Assembly: GCF_009914755.1 (NCBI RefSeq)
Contig: NC_060926.1
Length of the DNA: 64,000 nucleotides
Source: the human T2T-CHM13v2.0 reference genome, Homo sapiens
Strand: one strand, 5' to 3'
Below, piece after piece: positions 1-15,903 of the stretch. Both the position numbers and the translations under genes were made by a program. Under the pieces are notes generated by a model. It had not been told where the DNA came from, made no database searches, and saw only the letters and a program-made list of their open reading frames with translations. The stretch's first letter is position 1, and each line of letters opens with the position of its first letter.

Positions 1-1758
1 AAAAAAATCACTGATAGGAAAATAAGACGTGTGAGGATGAATAAGGGCATCACTTACTTCAACAGAGATGCCCAGGGAAGTGAAGCACATTATAAAAAAG
101 TTTTCTAAGAGAACAGTACCACACAAAGGAAACAGGCACATACATTGAGTTTAAGGCAAGAAAAATTGACAGGACTTGCTACAAGTGATTGAATATGCTA
201 TAGGGAATAAAAGGATGAAGAATAGTATTTTTAATGAAAGGATGAGGCTCTTATGAGACATTATTTATTTCATGGATGGTCCATATATTTGAAAAAGTAA
301 ATAAAATATACCTTGCTACCCACACTGTATAAATGTCTGGGTCTGAAAGGCAGAATAATGTAAAGTTGCTTAATTTTTCACATAGCATCTATTTTTGTCT
401 AACTAGAAAACACAGACAAGAGGAAACTTCAAAAGCCTCTACGTTCAAGTTGTTCAGCGGCAAGATGAAAGATGTATGATGAAAGAAATATAATGTGCAA
501 GGTTCTGCCAATAGTTCATCCATGGGTCGCTGCATTGTGTACTATCACCAAGAGACCTGCATGTTTTTAATAAAGAAGATGCCAGCACTCCATGTGGAGC
601 ACCACATGAAACCCTTCTCATTCCCTTAGTGAGAGACTTCTGTGTCTCTCACTGCTTTTTAGTATTCTAAGTCTACAGTGGTCTCTCCACAATATGGTAT
701 GTTGACTTCTTTCAACCTAGGAACTTCTATAACTATCAGTGTTCTAATTTGTGCTAAAGTCTTCAGTATGCCCTCTCGTTACATAGAATGAGTGTCCTAT
801 TCTAGGTATTCAACACCCCTAAAGGATACAGAATTGGAAATATTACACTAGAAGAGTTACTTGTTTATTTCTCTGTCATTAAACTAATTATTTGTTTGAC
901 TTTGGTACATTAAAGTTTTATATATATCTATATACAAAACATGAATGTATAAATGTAATATTAACAAATCTTATCAGAACAAGCTGCTTATAATTATTTC
1001 TAAATATCATCACTGCCAATATATTGTACTAATTTCCCATTCATCAAAATTCTAGGCTGTTGTTAAATACACATTATGTTACATAAATGCTTTGCTTTAG
1101 GACCATTTTTTCAAACATCATAAGGAGTAACAATTGACTCCATAGTAAAAATTCCAAATTCTTCATCAAAGAGCTTTTCTCATATTTTCCAAACTCCTCA
1201 GCAGGAAACTAAAAACGGGGTCATTCCTACAATAATCCTTTTCATTCAGTCATATTACCATTACAATTGACAAAGAGGCCATATGCATAGGGCAGTCTTG
1301 AAGGCTGAGAGACAGAAGCTAGGAAGCTGTGTAATGTGAACTAAAGCACTACCACCATTAGAAATATAATCAGAAACCATTATTAGTGGCACAAAAGTAA
1401 GTAAGAATGCACCTGCTGACAAGGTATAACTGCTGATGCTTCCCTCAGGGACACAGATGAGGAACAGAAGGGAATTGCCCAACAATGGGTTATAATGAGG
1501 CTCCACGAAGACAGTAGCCTCACCTGTTACATTCTCCTGTGTAACTCCAGCGCTAGCACAGAGCCTAGTGCTGAGTAAGCATGCAATCAATCTTTGATGA
1601 GTTCTGGAATGAATAAGCAAACACACTCATCATTCCTCCTCATACTCAATATTCCTCCCTTTTATTAAGTGCTAGGTTCTGGGCCAGTTGCCTTTTATAC
1701 TTAAACTCCCTTTTTATAGATGTGCTGCCCATTTTAGAGATGAGAAAACTGTGACTCA

Positions 1759-2121
<363 letters not shown>

Positions 2122-3736
2122 CTAAGCAACAGAGCTCAGATGAGTTGGTTATTCCACAGATAGAAACAATATATTTGGACTTTGAGATCACCAAAATGTG
2201 TAAGTGTAAGAGGGACTTCACTCATAAGCATCAGAATTTTAACAATAGGGTATTTTGCTTTGCTCTTTCTAGGTGAAGATACCCCCAAAAAGTTCTATTT
2301 CTGAGACTATATAAACTGTTCCCAAACCAAGGTGGTGCAGTTATAAACTTGGTTTTGAGAAAAGTTTTTTTTTGGCTTCAACCTCAATATCTCATCTCAA
2401 GAAATGTAGGAATGTGTGATATTTCTGAAACGTAGGCACTGTGACTATCCTGCATGTAGATGACAAGAGAATACTAAAGAAATGCATAATGATGTACCCT
2501 ACTAGTGAGTGATGACAATCACTAGCCCCTCTAGTTGAACAATGGCATCTTCACTACCTGAAACAACCAAACATATGAAAGTGTGAAGTGAGACTGATGG
2601 AGATGAAATGGTCTTTGAAAATATTTAGGATTTATTTTCTGTATCTGGTCATGGTACAGTCGTCTGCTCTGACCCTAAGTTTTATAATGACACAATTATA
2701 ATTGTATTCATCATTTTGTTCTAATTTATAGCCATTTAAAAGGGTATAATTTAAGCCACATTACTTATTCAAATATTTGACACAATATAGCCACTGGACT
2801 ATAAATAGCAACAGACATTTTTAAAATTCTCACTGCTTTATAGCTAGAATAGCAATTTAGGAGAGCTCTAGGTAATAGTCTGAAGCTTATTTACTGAGGA
2901 AGAAAACTCCTAAAATAGGTCATTTGATTGAAAACTGACTTAGTTGCCACAGTCAAGATAATTTATTTAAACTTTCATGTATTAATAGGTTTGATTCTAC
3001 AAAAATATGAATCTAACCCATTAAAAATGTAATGTAAAGTCAATTTCCATTCCACTCAAATGATCAAACTGCTTCTTCATAATCATTAGTTTATCACTGA
3101 ATTATGGAGCCCATGCTTTTTAGGTCACTTTTACGAAATGAAAATGAAACATCCAAAGAGTCACAGTTGTTGAGAATAAGAAAAGATCTTTTTTCTTTTA
3201 ATATTCTATATGTAAGTTATAGTTAGCATTTCCAAACTGGTTTTTTTTGTGGGTTAGTGCTTCTTCCACAATTTTTTGAAAGCTAAATTTTGAGAATGGT
3301 GTTTGTACATATCTCACACTGAGAGCACTGGTTTGCCAGGTCATTCTAATTATTCTATTTTTAAAAGAGTGACTCCTTTGGTATAATAGGTTTGGCATTA
3401 GTGAAATTAAAGGTTGTGACTGAATAACAGTAACGGTCTTACATTTCAAAAAGAAACATTTTTCTTTTCTCTTCAAGTTTATTTTCTCTCATTACTTTAG
3501 TAAGATTTGACATACATATGTCATTGGAAGGCCATTGTTTGTTCATTATGTGCAATTCCATTAAGAACATTACCTAGTTAATTTACAAGAGGCTGACTAT
3601 AAAAATAAATAAAAAGATAAGTATCTACTAAAAAAGGTAAAAGGGAAGGAAGCATTTATATACCTCATTTAAAAAGGAGTTTATTAAAAAGCAAACTTCC
3701 CTCACAGAAGAAAGATTTATAAAATAAACAGCATAA

Positions 3737-4018
3737 GAAGGGTTGGTTAATGGGTACAAAAATATATTTAGATGGAATAAGATCTAATATTTACTACCAC
3801 AATAGGGCTACCATAACTAACAATAATTTATTGTATATTTCAAAATAACTAGAGGAATGAAATTGGAATGGTCCTAACACAAATAAATGATAAATGTTTG
3901 AGATTATGGATACCCCAACTACTTGATTTGATCATTACCCATATTATATGCTTGTATCAAAATATCACATGTATCCCATAAATATGTACAATTGTTATGT
4001 ATCCATAAAAATTAAAAA
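3737..4018 (+). mobile_element. 5'-truncated L1MA-type 3'UTR fragment
   Basis: GGTTAATGGGTACAAAAAT...AATATCACATGTATCCCATAAATATGTACAA plus A tail. TSD AAACAGCATAA at 3726-3736 and 4019-4029. Confidence 0.88.
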
Positions 4019-7000
4019 AAACAGCATAAATCAAGACATTTGATTTGCTTGTGTGTTTTTTTTAGAAAACAATAAGATATTGTTGTTTTATAATTATCTT
4101 TAGTCCTGTTTCTGAATGTATATACATATGGATGCTTAAGTACATATGAACATATTGTATTTATCTAACACAATATCAAGACAAAATTACAATGCATATA
4201 ACCTCAGGTCTTCCAAAAATAATAATTTAACTTACTTTTAATTGTGCTATTACAATTTCTCTAAAATGTATTCTATAGCTTTCACTATTAAATACAATAT
4301 ATAAAATCTGACCTAACATTTTATATTGTTAATTCAGGGTCACTTTTATGAACATCAGTTACTCTATTCTGCTGTTATAAAGCAATGCCTTCATGGGCTT
4401 GAGCAGTGTGAGGCCACATTAAATCTCCCAGAGCATTTATTAACGACTTGGCTATATTTGTTGTTCCTCCATATACTTTTCCCCTACCTGAAATGTAAAA
4501 TGAATCAAACTCTTCTTAGTATCGATAACAGCTAGATAGCTTATTTGTAAAATTTGTTTTGGATCCCTGCTTACAGCCAAAGAAATGAGTTCAAAATGGT
4601 GGAATATTGGGATATTACAGCAAGCAGATTGAATAAACTTTCTGGACAGTGTAGTCACTTTAATGTTCTTCATAAAGGCCTTTGGCACTTCAAATTCCAC
4701 CTGTGTATGAGATATGCAACGACAATAGTTTGGAGAGTTTGCATGTGCTCATAACATACTTCTATGGCTTCTAACAAACAAATTTGGGAAGAAGATATCA
4801 TTTAACAATGCAAAGGAAGCCTATTCTTGACATTTTATATACTCAAATTAGGGTAATGTAACAGAAAGCTAATATATTGAGTGGATAACAGTTTCTGAAT
4901 CTGTCTCAAAGGTTATTAATTATTTCATATTGATTACTCTTAACTTCAGATTATAAACATTCAATTACCTATTAGCCCACCTAATTAATAAAACTGTATT
5001 ATAAAGCAATCTGCTATTTTAAGGATGCATTACTATTGAACGAAGCAAGGCCTCCATGAACATGAGTGTGCTACAGAGCTCATATCTCCCTCTATAACTT
5101 GGAAAGTTGAAAGCCTACAGACTTAGAGAGTTCTACTGTGTTTTCTCATATTCTTTATATCTAGAAACCATAATTAGATTCATGAAAATGTATAAATGTA
5201 GAGTACAATGTGATGATATTGATTACAGCCATCTTTGATGGCTCATTTAAGGATTTATAATCTATGGAAAATCTCTAGCTTTATAAATGCCTTGTGTAAA
5301 ACTTCTTGGAGTTTCTCAGGCATATTTCTGACATTTTTCCTGAATAAGAAGATCATTAGGATTAGAGATGGATGACTAGGTGCAGCTGGGATGCACCTCC
5401 TTCATGAAGAAGAGTCACAGTATCAGGTAAGCCTTGGACTTCAAACAGATTTATTGAAAGAAGACACTGAAACTTAATAGAGAGGCAATGGAGGACACCG
5501 TGGTTGAAGAGGGAGGAAGCATGGCTACTTGCTTGGCCTCACTAGTTGCCAAGATCAGCCCCTGGAGCCAGACTAGACCTGAGGAATGGATGAATGAAGA
5601 AACTCTGGGACACCACATTCCCACTGCAATCCTCTGAGACCCTAGTTACAGAAGTTCCCACCACCCTCGCAGACCTTTGGGCCTAGAGAATACAGAGAGA
5701 CCGTTTAAACCAAAGTGGACCCCAAAAGGCTTCAGTGAGCTGGGCAGCTGCAGCAAAACATGACTCTGGGCACCCACCCTGCAAAATTCTGCATCATGCC
5801 CTAAGCGGCTGCAGCTCCTGCTGTCTGCCGAGCCAGGATAGAACTGAGCTGGCCACATTCACATGCCCAAGATGGGTCCCACCAGCACTGTTTGGGAACT
5901 GAGGAGCATCTGAACCACATGTCCCCAGGCCCGCCAGTTTCTCCCAAGACTGCCAGCCTGGTTGTTACCGCAATGGGAGACCCACAGCATACCCCACATT
6001 GATCTGCCTGAGTGGTTTGTTGGCAGTCTTGGAGCAGTTCCTCCTAGTCCAGATCAGGAATGGTGTGACAAGATAGTTGCAATTTCTGCTTCAGGGACTC
6101 ACAGTTCAAAACATCTGGACCCGCATAGCGCCTTGGGCACAGGTGGCTCAGAATTAGCCTAACGGGTCAGGCCTGCTTCTTGGGCTGGATGCTGGAAGGA
6201 GATCCACTTGCTGGCAGGTATGGAAGCTGGGTGAGTCCAGTGGCCGACTGCTGGGCTGAAAACATCAGGTCACCACTCTTTCCCTGAGAAGGCTCTGTGG
6301 CTTAGGAGAGGTGCTTCCTCCTCTGCCTGGAGGGTTGTCTCAGTGGACTGGGAGGAACCCTCAGACCCCTGTGAAGGCCAGTGCTTGCACATGCCTTAGA
6401 GAGCCTGGTTGCAGGATTGCTAGATTGATCCCACCCTTTCCTGAGAGTCCCATGCTCTGCCCATAACCTGGAACATCCTGGAGCTTGCCCTGATCAACAA
6501 AGACAAAGTAAAAATCCCACTGTCATCACTGCAATTGCCTCTCACCTGCAACTGCCACCTACTGGCTGGGAGGTCAAACTGCAGGGCCATTTGCAACTTC
6601 TGCTAACATCATTGTACAGTGCTCAGCTGGTTCTTACCTGCAAGTGCCACCTACTAGCCAGTAGGATAAATTGCACTACCCAATATATAATTTCTGCAGA
6701 CAGAAGTGCACAGTACTGAGAAATAAGATAAGGCTCCCAAGATCACCACATCTCCATCCTCTGTACTAGACAGTGAGCCAGATAATATGCACAGCACACC
6801 ACTACTAAAACCTACAAACAATGAGCATTTGAAAAAACCACTAGACTAAGGCTATCTATAACCAAATAATTCATACAGAACCTTGGCCCTCTAATAGTAC
6901 ATAGAAGCAAAGCCAAAAGACCCTACCCAACATGTGCAACAGCTAAACCCTCAAAGTGGGGAAGAAAAAAAAAAAACTCACCCAAATGAAAGTAAATTCA

Positions 7001-8194
7001 AAACTAAGATGTAACAGTTTCTACAGATGATAAGCAACCAGCACAGGAACTCTAGCACCGTGAAGAAACAAAATGTTGTGACACTCCCAAAGGACCACAC
7101 TAGCTCTCTAGCAATGGATCCTAACCAAAATGAAAACTTCAAAAAGACAGATAAAGAATTCAAGATATGGATTGCAAGGAAGACCAATGAGCTCCAAGAG
7201 AAAGTTGAAAACCAACACAAAGAATTCAAGAAACAATTCAGAAGATGAAAGTAGAGATAAATATATTTTTGAAAAGCCAAAGAGAACTTCTGGACATGAA
7301 AATTCACTGAAAGGATTTTAAAACACAGTTGAAAGCTTCAACAATAGATGAGACAAAGCAGAAAAAGGAATGTCAGAACTTGAAGACTAGTTTTCAAATC
7401 AACCCAGCTAGACAAAAATAAAATAATTTTTAAAAACAAGCAAAGCATTTGAGAAATATAGCATATGAAAAGCAACCAAACTGAAGACTTAAAAACATTC
7501 TTGAGGGAGAAGATGAAAAGGTAACAAGTTTGGAAAACATATTAGAAGGAATAATTCAGAAAGATTTCCACAATCTTGCTAGAGATTCAGATATCCAGAT
7601 ACAAGAGATTCACAGAACACCTGGAAGATACTATATAAGATGAACATTACCAAGGTGTATAGTCATCAGACTATCCAAGCTCAATATAAAAGAAAAAATT
7701 TTAAAGGCAGCTAGAGAGAAGTGTCAAATCACCTCTAAAGAAAATTCCCTCAGACTAACAACAAATTTCTCAGCAGAAATCTTATAAGCCAGAAGAGACT
7801 GTGGAACTATTTTTTAACCTCTTTAAAAAGAAAAAAGAAAAAAAAAATCAGCCAAGAATCTCATATCCTGCTAAATTAAGCTTCATAAGTGAAGAAATAT
7901 AGACTTTCTCAGGCAAGCAAACACTAAGGGAATTGCTATCACTAGACTGGCCCAACAACTTATGTTCAAAGGAATTCTAAACACGAAAATGAAAGAATGA
8001 TACTCACCATCATAAAAAAAAAACATGTAAGTAGAAATCTCAGAACCTATAAAGTAATAACACACTTGAGACCTCAAGGCAACTAGCAAACAAACAAACA
8101 AACAAACAAACTATGACAGGAACAAAACGTCACATATCAACATTAACAAAGAATGTAAACAGCCTAAATGCTTCACTTAAAAGTTATAGACAGG

Positions 8195-8488
8195 GGCTGG
8201 GCATGGTGGCTCACGCCTGTAATCCCAGCACTTTGGGAGGCAGAGGCGGGTGGATCACGAGGTCAGGAGATCAAAACCATCCTGGCTAACACGGTGAAAC
8301 CCCGTCTCTACTAAAAATACAAAAAATTAGCTAGGCGTGGTAGTGGGTGCCTATAATCCCAGCTACTCAGGAGGCTGAGGCAGGAGAATGGCATGAACCT
8401 GGGAGGCAGAGCTTGCAGTGAGCCAAGATCGCACCACTGCACTCCAGCCTGGGCGATAGAGCGAGACTCCATCTCAAAAAAAAAAAAA
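8195..8488 (+). mobile_element. AluY inserted at the start of L1 ORF2
   Basis: Diagnostic ACCATCCTGGCTAACACGGTG and GAGCTTGCAG. TSD AAAAGTTATAGACAGG at 8179-8194 and 8489-8504. Confidence 0.96.
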
Positions 8489-10186
8489 AAAAGTTATAGA
8501 CAGGTAAACTGGATTAAAGAAACAAGACCCAACCATCTGCAGCTTATAAGAGAACCGTCTAATGGCTAGGACACCTAACAGACTTAAAGTAAAGGGGTAG
8601 AAAAAGATATATCATGTAAGTGGAAAACAATAGTAAGCAGGAGTAGCCATTCTTAGACTTTAAATCAACAACAGTAAAATAAGACAAAGGGCATTATATA
8701 ACAATAAAGAGTGCAATACAGTAAGATTTAAGTATCCCAAATATAGCACCCAACACTGGAGCACCCAGATTCATAAAACAAATGCTACTAGACCCAAGAA
8801 AAAATTGACAGTAATCCAATAATAATGGGGGACTTCAACATCCCATTGATAACACTGGACAGGTCATGGAGGCAGAAAGTTAACAAGAAAACTCTGTACC
8901 TAAACTGGACTCTAGACCAAATGGACCTAATAGACATTTATAAAACACTCTTTCCAACAACCACAGAGTATCCTTTTTTTTCTTTCATCTGAACATGGAA
9001 CATTCTTTAAAACTGATCATATGCTTGGCAATAAGGCAAGTCTTAATGAATTCGAAAATTGAAACCATATCAAGTTTCTGTATCATGGTGGAACAGAATT
9101 AGAACTGAATACCAAGAATAACTCAATATTACAAAAGTACATGGAAACTAAACAACTTATTTCTGAATGACTTTTGGGTAAACAACAACAATAAAGCAGA
9201 AATTAAAAAAATTGAAACAAATGAAAACAGAGACACAACATACTAAAACTTCTGAGATGTAGCAAAAGTATTGCTAAGAGGAAAGTGTATAATGTTTAAA
9301 AAACTCCATCTAAAAGACAGAAAAATCTCAAATATAATGTCACACTTCCAACCCCAAAGCTAGCAGAATAAAAGAAACAAAAATTAGAGCAGAACTAAAT
9401 GAGATTGAGACCAAAAAAATCAATACAAGGGATCCAAAAAATGAAGTTTGTTTTTTGAAAGGCTAAATGAAGTCATTAGACTGCTAGCTAGTTTAACGAA
9501 GAAAAATATTCAAATAAGCACAACCAGAAATGATAAAGGAGACATCACAATTGATACCTCAACTGTAAAATACGATCAGAGATTAACTATGAACATGTCT
9601 ATGCACACAAACTAGAAAATCTAGATGAAATGGATGAATTTCTGGAAACATACAACCTCCCGAGATTGAACCAGGAAGGAAAAGAAATCCTAAACGGACA
9701 AACAATAAGTGATGAAACTAAATCAGTAATAAAAAACATCTTTCATCAATAAAAGCCCAGGACCAGATGGATTCATAGCTGAATTTTGTCAGACTTACAA
9801 AGAAGAGCTAGTACCTGTCCTACTGAAATTACTCTGAAAAATCAAGGATGAGGAATTCCTGCCTGACTCATTCTACAAAACAAATAAAACCCTGAAACCC
9901 ATATCAGGCAAGGATACAAGAAAAAGAGAAAACTACAGGCCAATTGCTTTGGCTATTCAGGCTATTTATAAAGAACAAAGCAGGAGGCATCACATTGCCC
10001 AACTTCAAGCTATGCTATAAGGCTACAGTAACAAAAACAGCATGGTACAGGAAGAAAAACAGATACATAGACCAGTTAAACAGAATAGAGAACCCAGAAA
10101 TAATCCCACATACCTACAGCCATCTGATCTCTGACAAAGTTGACAAAAATAAGCAATGAGGACAGGACTTCCTATTCAATAAATGA

Positions 10187-10282
<96 letters not shown>

Positions 10283-11166
10283 TAGTGGTAACAAAACAGA
10301 TATATAGACCAATGGAACAGAATAGAGACCTCATAAATAACACAACACATCTACAACCATCTGATCTTTGACAAACCTGACAAAAACAAGCAATGGAGAA
10401 AGGATTCCCTATTTAATAAAAGGTTCTGGGAAAACTGGCTAGCCATATGCAGAAAACTGAAACTGGACCCTTTCCTTACACCTTATACACAAATTAACTC
10501 AAGATGGATTAAAGACTTAAATGTAAAACCCTAAATCATAAAAACCCTAGAAGAAAACCTAGGCAATACCATTCAGGACATAGGCATGGGCAAAGACTTC
10601 ATGACTAAAACACAAAAAGCAATTGCAACAAAACCCAAAATTGACAAATGGGATCTAATCAAACTAAAGAGCTTCTGCACAGCAAAAGAAACTATCATCA
10701 GAGTGAACAGACAACCTACAGAATGGGAGAAAATCTTTGCAATCCACCCATCAGACAAAGGTCTAATATCCAGAATCTACAAGGAACTTAAATTTACGAG
10801 AAAAAAACAACCCCATCAAAAAGTGGGCGAAGGATATGAACAGACATTTCTCAAAAAAAGACATTTTGCAGCCAACAAACATATGAAAAAAAGATCATCA
10901 TCACTGGTCATTAGAGAAATGCAAATAAAAACTGCAATGAGATACCATCTCACACCAGTTAGAATGGTGATTATTAAAAAGTCAGGAAACAACAGATGCC
11001 GGAGAGGATTTGGAGAAATAGGAATGCTTTTACACTACTGGTGGGAGTGCAAATTAGTTCAACCACTGTGGAAGACAGTGTGGCGATTCATCAAAGATCT
11101 AGAACCAGAAATACCATTTGACCCAGCAATCCCATTACTGGGTATATACCCAAAGGATGATAAATC

Positions 11167-11234
11167 ATTCTACTATAAAGTCACATGCACACATATGTGT
11201 ATTCTACTATAAGGTCACATGCATACATATGTGT
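11167..11234 (+). repeat. 34-bp tandem duplication inside the nested L1
   Basis: ATTCTACTATAAAGTCACATGCACACATATGTGT followed by ATTCTACTATAAGGTCACATGCATACATATGTGT (2 mismatches). Confidence 0.95.
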
Positions 11235-11283
11235 ATTACTATTTACAATTGCAAAGACTTGGAGCCAACCCAAACGCCCATCA

Positions 11284-11757
<474 letters not shown>

Positions 11758-14700
11758 TTAAAACCTAGATGATGGGTTGATAGGTGCAGCAAACCAACAT
11801 GACACATGTATACTTACATAACAAACCTGCACATTCTGTACATGTATCCCAGAACTTAAAGCAAAATAAATAAATAAACAAATAAAACTGGGATAACTGG
11901 CTAGCCATATTCAGAAAAATGAAACTGGACCCCTATCTTTCTAAATATACAAAACGTAACTCAAGATGGATTAAAAATTTAAATGTAAGACCTCAAACTA
12001 AAGAAATCCTAGCAAAAAAATCTAGGAAATACCATTCTGGATATCAGCCTTGGCAAAGAATTTAAAACCAAGTCCCCAAAAGTAATTACAACAAAAACAA
12101 AAAATGGTAAGTGGGACCACAATTAAACTAGAGACCTTCTGCACAGCAAAAGAAACTATCAATAGAGTAAACAGTCTACACAATGGGAGAGAATATTAAA
12201 AAATTATGCCTCCAACAAAGGAGTAATATCCAGAAACTATAATGAACTCAAACAACTCAACAAGAAAAATAACCAAACCCATTAAAAAGTGGGCAGAGGA
12301 CAGAAACAGACTTTGCTTGAAAGAAGACATACAAGCAGCCAGCAAACACATGAAAAAATGACCAACATCACTAATCATTGTAGAAACACAAATTAAAACC
12401 GCAGTGAAATATCATCTTACATCAGTCTGAATGGCTATTCATAAAAGTCAAAAAACAACAGATGCTATTGAGGCTGAAGAGAAAAGGGAACACTTTTACA
12501 CTGTTAGTGGGAATTTAAATTCATAAAACCTCTATGGAAAACAGCACAGAGGTTTCTCAAATAACTAAAAATAGAACTACCATTCAATCTACTACTGGGT
12601 ATCTACCCAAAGGAAAAGAAAGCATTATACAAAAAAGATACCTGCACTTATATGTTTACTGCAATACTATTCACAATAGCAAAGTCATGGAATTAAACCT
12701 AAGTTGACCATCAATGGGTGGTTGGATAAAGAAAATAAGTACCACATGTTCTCACTTATAAGTGGCAGCTAAACAATGGGTACTCATGCACATAAAGATG
12801 GAAATAATAAACACGGGGCACTCTAAAAGAGGAGAGGGTGGGAGGAGGGTATGGATTTTAAAAAATTACTTACTGGGTACAAAGTTCACTATTTAGTGCG
12901 ATGGTTAAACTAGAAGCCCAAACCTCACCATTACGTGATATATCCATGTCACAAACCTGCATGTGTGTCCCCTGAATCTAAATTTCTTTTAAAACAGAAG
13001 ACAGCATAGTGCCATGTGCCATTGACTCTTTAGATGATTCCTACTAAAATGTTGCACTAAAATGAACCCTGTTCTATATTTACCTTTTTTTGAAGTTATC
13101 ATTCAAAATACTCAGAATTCATGGATCTTTTCAGATGTGATTATCTTGAAATTAGAAAATGTTTTCAATTATATATCTCTCTCTGAAAAGCTGTATGATT
13201 ATTAAAAGTCATTAGTTTTCTACTCATTTCATCATTTTAGTATTATGATATTGCTTCAATGACTGTGCATTTTATTCAGAAGCTTGCCATTTTTTTTCTC
13301 AGAAATTTCTGAGATCAGAGATGCTAGCAATCTCTTCTCTTTGAAAGAATATGACAATCTCATTTATTTTTCCTTTTGTCCTGACGTAGCTTTAGACATT
13401 GCTAGAGTATATTTATATCTTGAAACAATATTCAACAATTTTGAAAATTTAAGATCACAGTATAAAATAGACAAGATCCATGGTTTAAACCTAATATACC
13501 AAGAGATTATGAAAAAAATGAAAAGCACCAAGGGATTATGAAAAAACAACAACCAAAAAAACAGAGAGGTAAGAATGCTTATTGGAGTAGTTACAAGCTT
13601 AATAAGCTCCAAGTTAATTATCAAATCAATGTATTAGTATATTAAACTGCCTACTTAAGGCCAGACAGAAATGGAATGCACTGTAATTTAAATGTGACAT
13701 TAAAAATTCTCTTAAGTTTTTAGCATATATATAGATATATATCCCTTCTTATATATTCAATATTATCTAGCATTGTATTTTTCAATTATAGGACCTTGAA
13801 AAATATGTTAAGCTAATTATAGGTAATGTGATTTGACAGCAATGTCAAAATTTTTAGTTATTATGATTGTGTTACATAGCATGATTATATACATGTTCTT
13901 GAATAAATACAGACAGATATATTACACAAAAGCAACACTGATATTCTAAGAAGTAACACAAAAATGAAAATGAACCATGAGTATTACTGAAAGAGAATAA
14001 TTTAATGGAAAATTTCTGTGATGTTACCCTGAGAAAGCAAAACTTGAGCCATATCAACCCTAATAAGAAATGACAAACCTTGAAAAGCTATCTATAAATT
14101 TTCTTTAAAGCAGTATGCTTTTCAGATAAGCAAAATTGTTGTACATTGTTACCAGCTTCTATAAATGCCAGTTCAATTTCAGAATCCATTGTTTAATTGT
14201 GATCATATCAAAAAAGAATCCTTTCTAGAGAGAAAAAGCATTAAAAAAAGAGAAAAGATTATGTTAATAAAGGAAATGTATCTTGTAACCACGGTAACAT
14301 TGAAACTAAAATATTCAGAAATGTCTTTTTCCCCTACGCCATTGTTTTGTGAGGAGATGATTAGTTATCAGCTCTTGGATCCATAATCCTTTAAAATGGT
14401 GTCATTTGAAAAGCAGAACACAAGACTTACATGGAACAATAAGGTCTAAATTCCCATGCTTCTGAAAATAAATCATGGAGACATTGTATACCAGAGGGTA
14501 CTCATAACTATTGGGTGGACAGGAAGAAGATTCACACAGCATTGGTTTAATTTTAAAATTATTGTTTAAAGACATTATTTTTATGATAAACCATATTGTG
14601 GACTTGAAATTCAAAATTTGCAGACATCCTTGGGAAAAACTGGCAACATTCAATTTGGAACTTTCACTGACTCTTGTGAACTGCAAGTTGAAGAACGAAA

Positions 14701-15762
14701 GTGCGCTCATTTATCTTCTATTTTAGGGCAGAAGTTTGAGAAACTCTGAGTATGAACTGAATATCACCTGTTCCACTTGTAAGACATAGACATGCGGTTT
14801 TTCCTTCCACCATTAATGTCATCCTATATCTTATTGCACCATTCTGGGAGACCTTTTGTAATTAAAATAAATATCAAAGTTTGGGTCCTCTCAACAGAGC
14901 ACTGATTTCAGAGCAGACAGGTTCTCTTGGTTTATTATTCCAAAGAACAAAAACCAAAATCTCAAAAAAAAAAGCATTTTTATATAGAAAGAAACTTCCT
15001 AAAAATATTCAGACATTTATATTAGAAATCACTATTGCCTCTGACAAGTGAACAAACACAATGAAATTAAAAAAAAAACTTTTTGGAACTATCTTTGAAC
15101 ATACACAAATTTCCCCCTTCTAATCAATTAAAAAATGCCATTTTCTTAATAGTAGGCAAAACACGTTTGCTTTTCATTTTCATTTCTATGTCTTTAAATT
15201 TTTACAAAACAGTTAAACTCAAAGTACAATTCTTTAAAAGGGCATATTGTTCTTGGTAAGAACAATCCCAGCAGGTCTCCCACTGCCATGTTTGGAGATT
15301 TGCATAATAACACAACTAAGTACCTGACCCATCTCTGCATGCAGAAATTAATAACAAAGATCTGTCTCCCTTCTAGGTGTCCATTGCCATAGTTACCTCA
15401 CAAGTTCTGAGAATATGCTTAAATAAAAGATGTCGGGTAGAAATTAATCATTGACTGGAAAACAAGTTTTCATGATGAGGTCAGGCTTTTGTTTCTGGGT
15501 CAGACTGAAACATTAGACAGTATTCTGATTTGAGCAGAGCTGATTGCCTATGGTTGGAGATCTACCTCTTAGGGTCTTACACAAAACACTGGTCTGCTTA
15601 AGTGTACAAAGATGATTGCTTTATGTATTTGTTCCCTCAAGCCCTGTTTAAAAAAAAAAGAAAAAAGGAAAAAGAGAACTGTCAACCATGCTGTTTGCAA
15701 TGGTAAGGCGTGACGACAAGTTTTACAAGTTTTTAGTGAGAGTGCAATGGAAATAACAAATC

Positions 15763-15903
15763 AGGCTGAGGCAGGAGAATGGCGTGAACCCGGGAAGCGG
15801 AGCTTGCAGTGAGCCGAGATTGCGCCACTGCAGTCCGCAGTCCGGCCTGGGCGACAGAGCGAGACTCCGTCTCAAAAAAAAAAAAAAAAAAACAAAAAAA
15901 AAA
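15763..15903 (+). mobile_element. 5'-truncated AluYb8/Yb9 (human-specific)
   Basis: Diagnostic 7-bp duplication GCAGTCCGCAGTCCGGCC, plus GGGAAGCGGAG and GAGATTGCG. CpGs are intact and the A tail is long. Confidence 0.96.

Noticed and set aside
1261-1626. 121-aa minus-strand ORF and other 60-130 aa ORFs in unique sequence
   Set aside because: No domain resemblance or splice context, and lengths are within chance expectation for six frames over 64 kb.
2250-2345. Strong-looking splice acceptor TTTGCTCTTTCTAG/G
   Set aside because: No convincing donor or sustained reading frame follows, and such sites are frequent by chance.
2522-2540. CTCF-like motif (minus strand CAACTAGAGGGGGCTA)
   Set aside because: Mismatches at key core positions; it cannot be supported without ChIP data.
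10586-11212. 208-aa ORF
   Set aside because: Frameshifted remnant of the L1 ORF2 C-terminus, not a gene.
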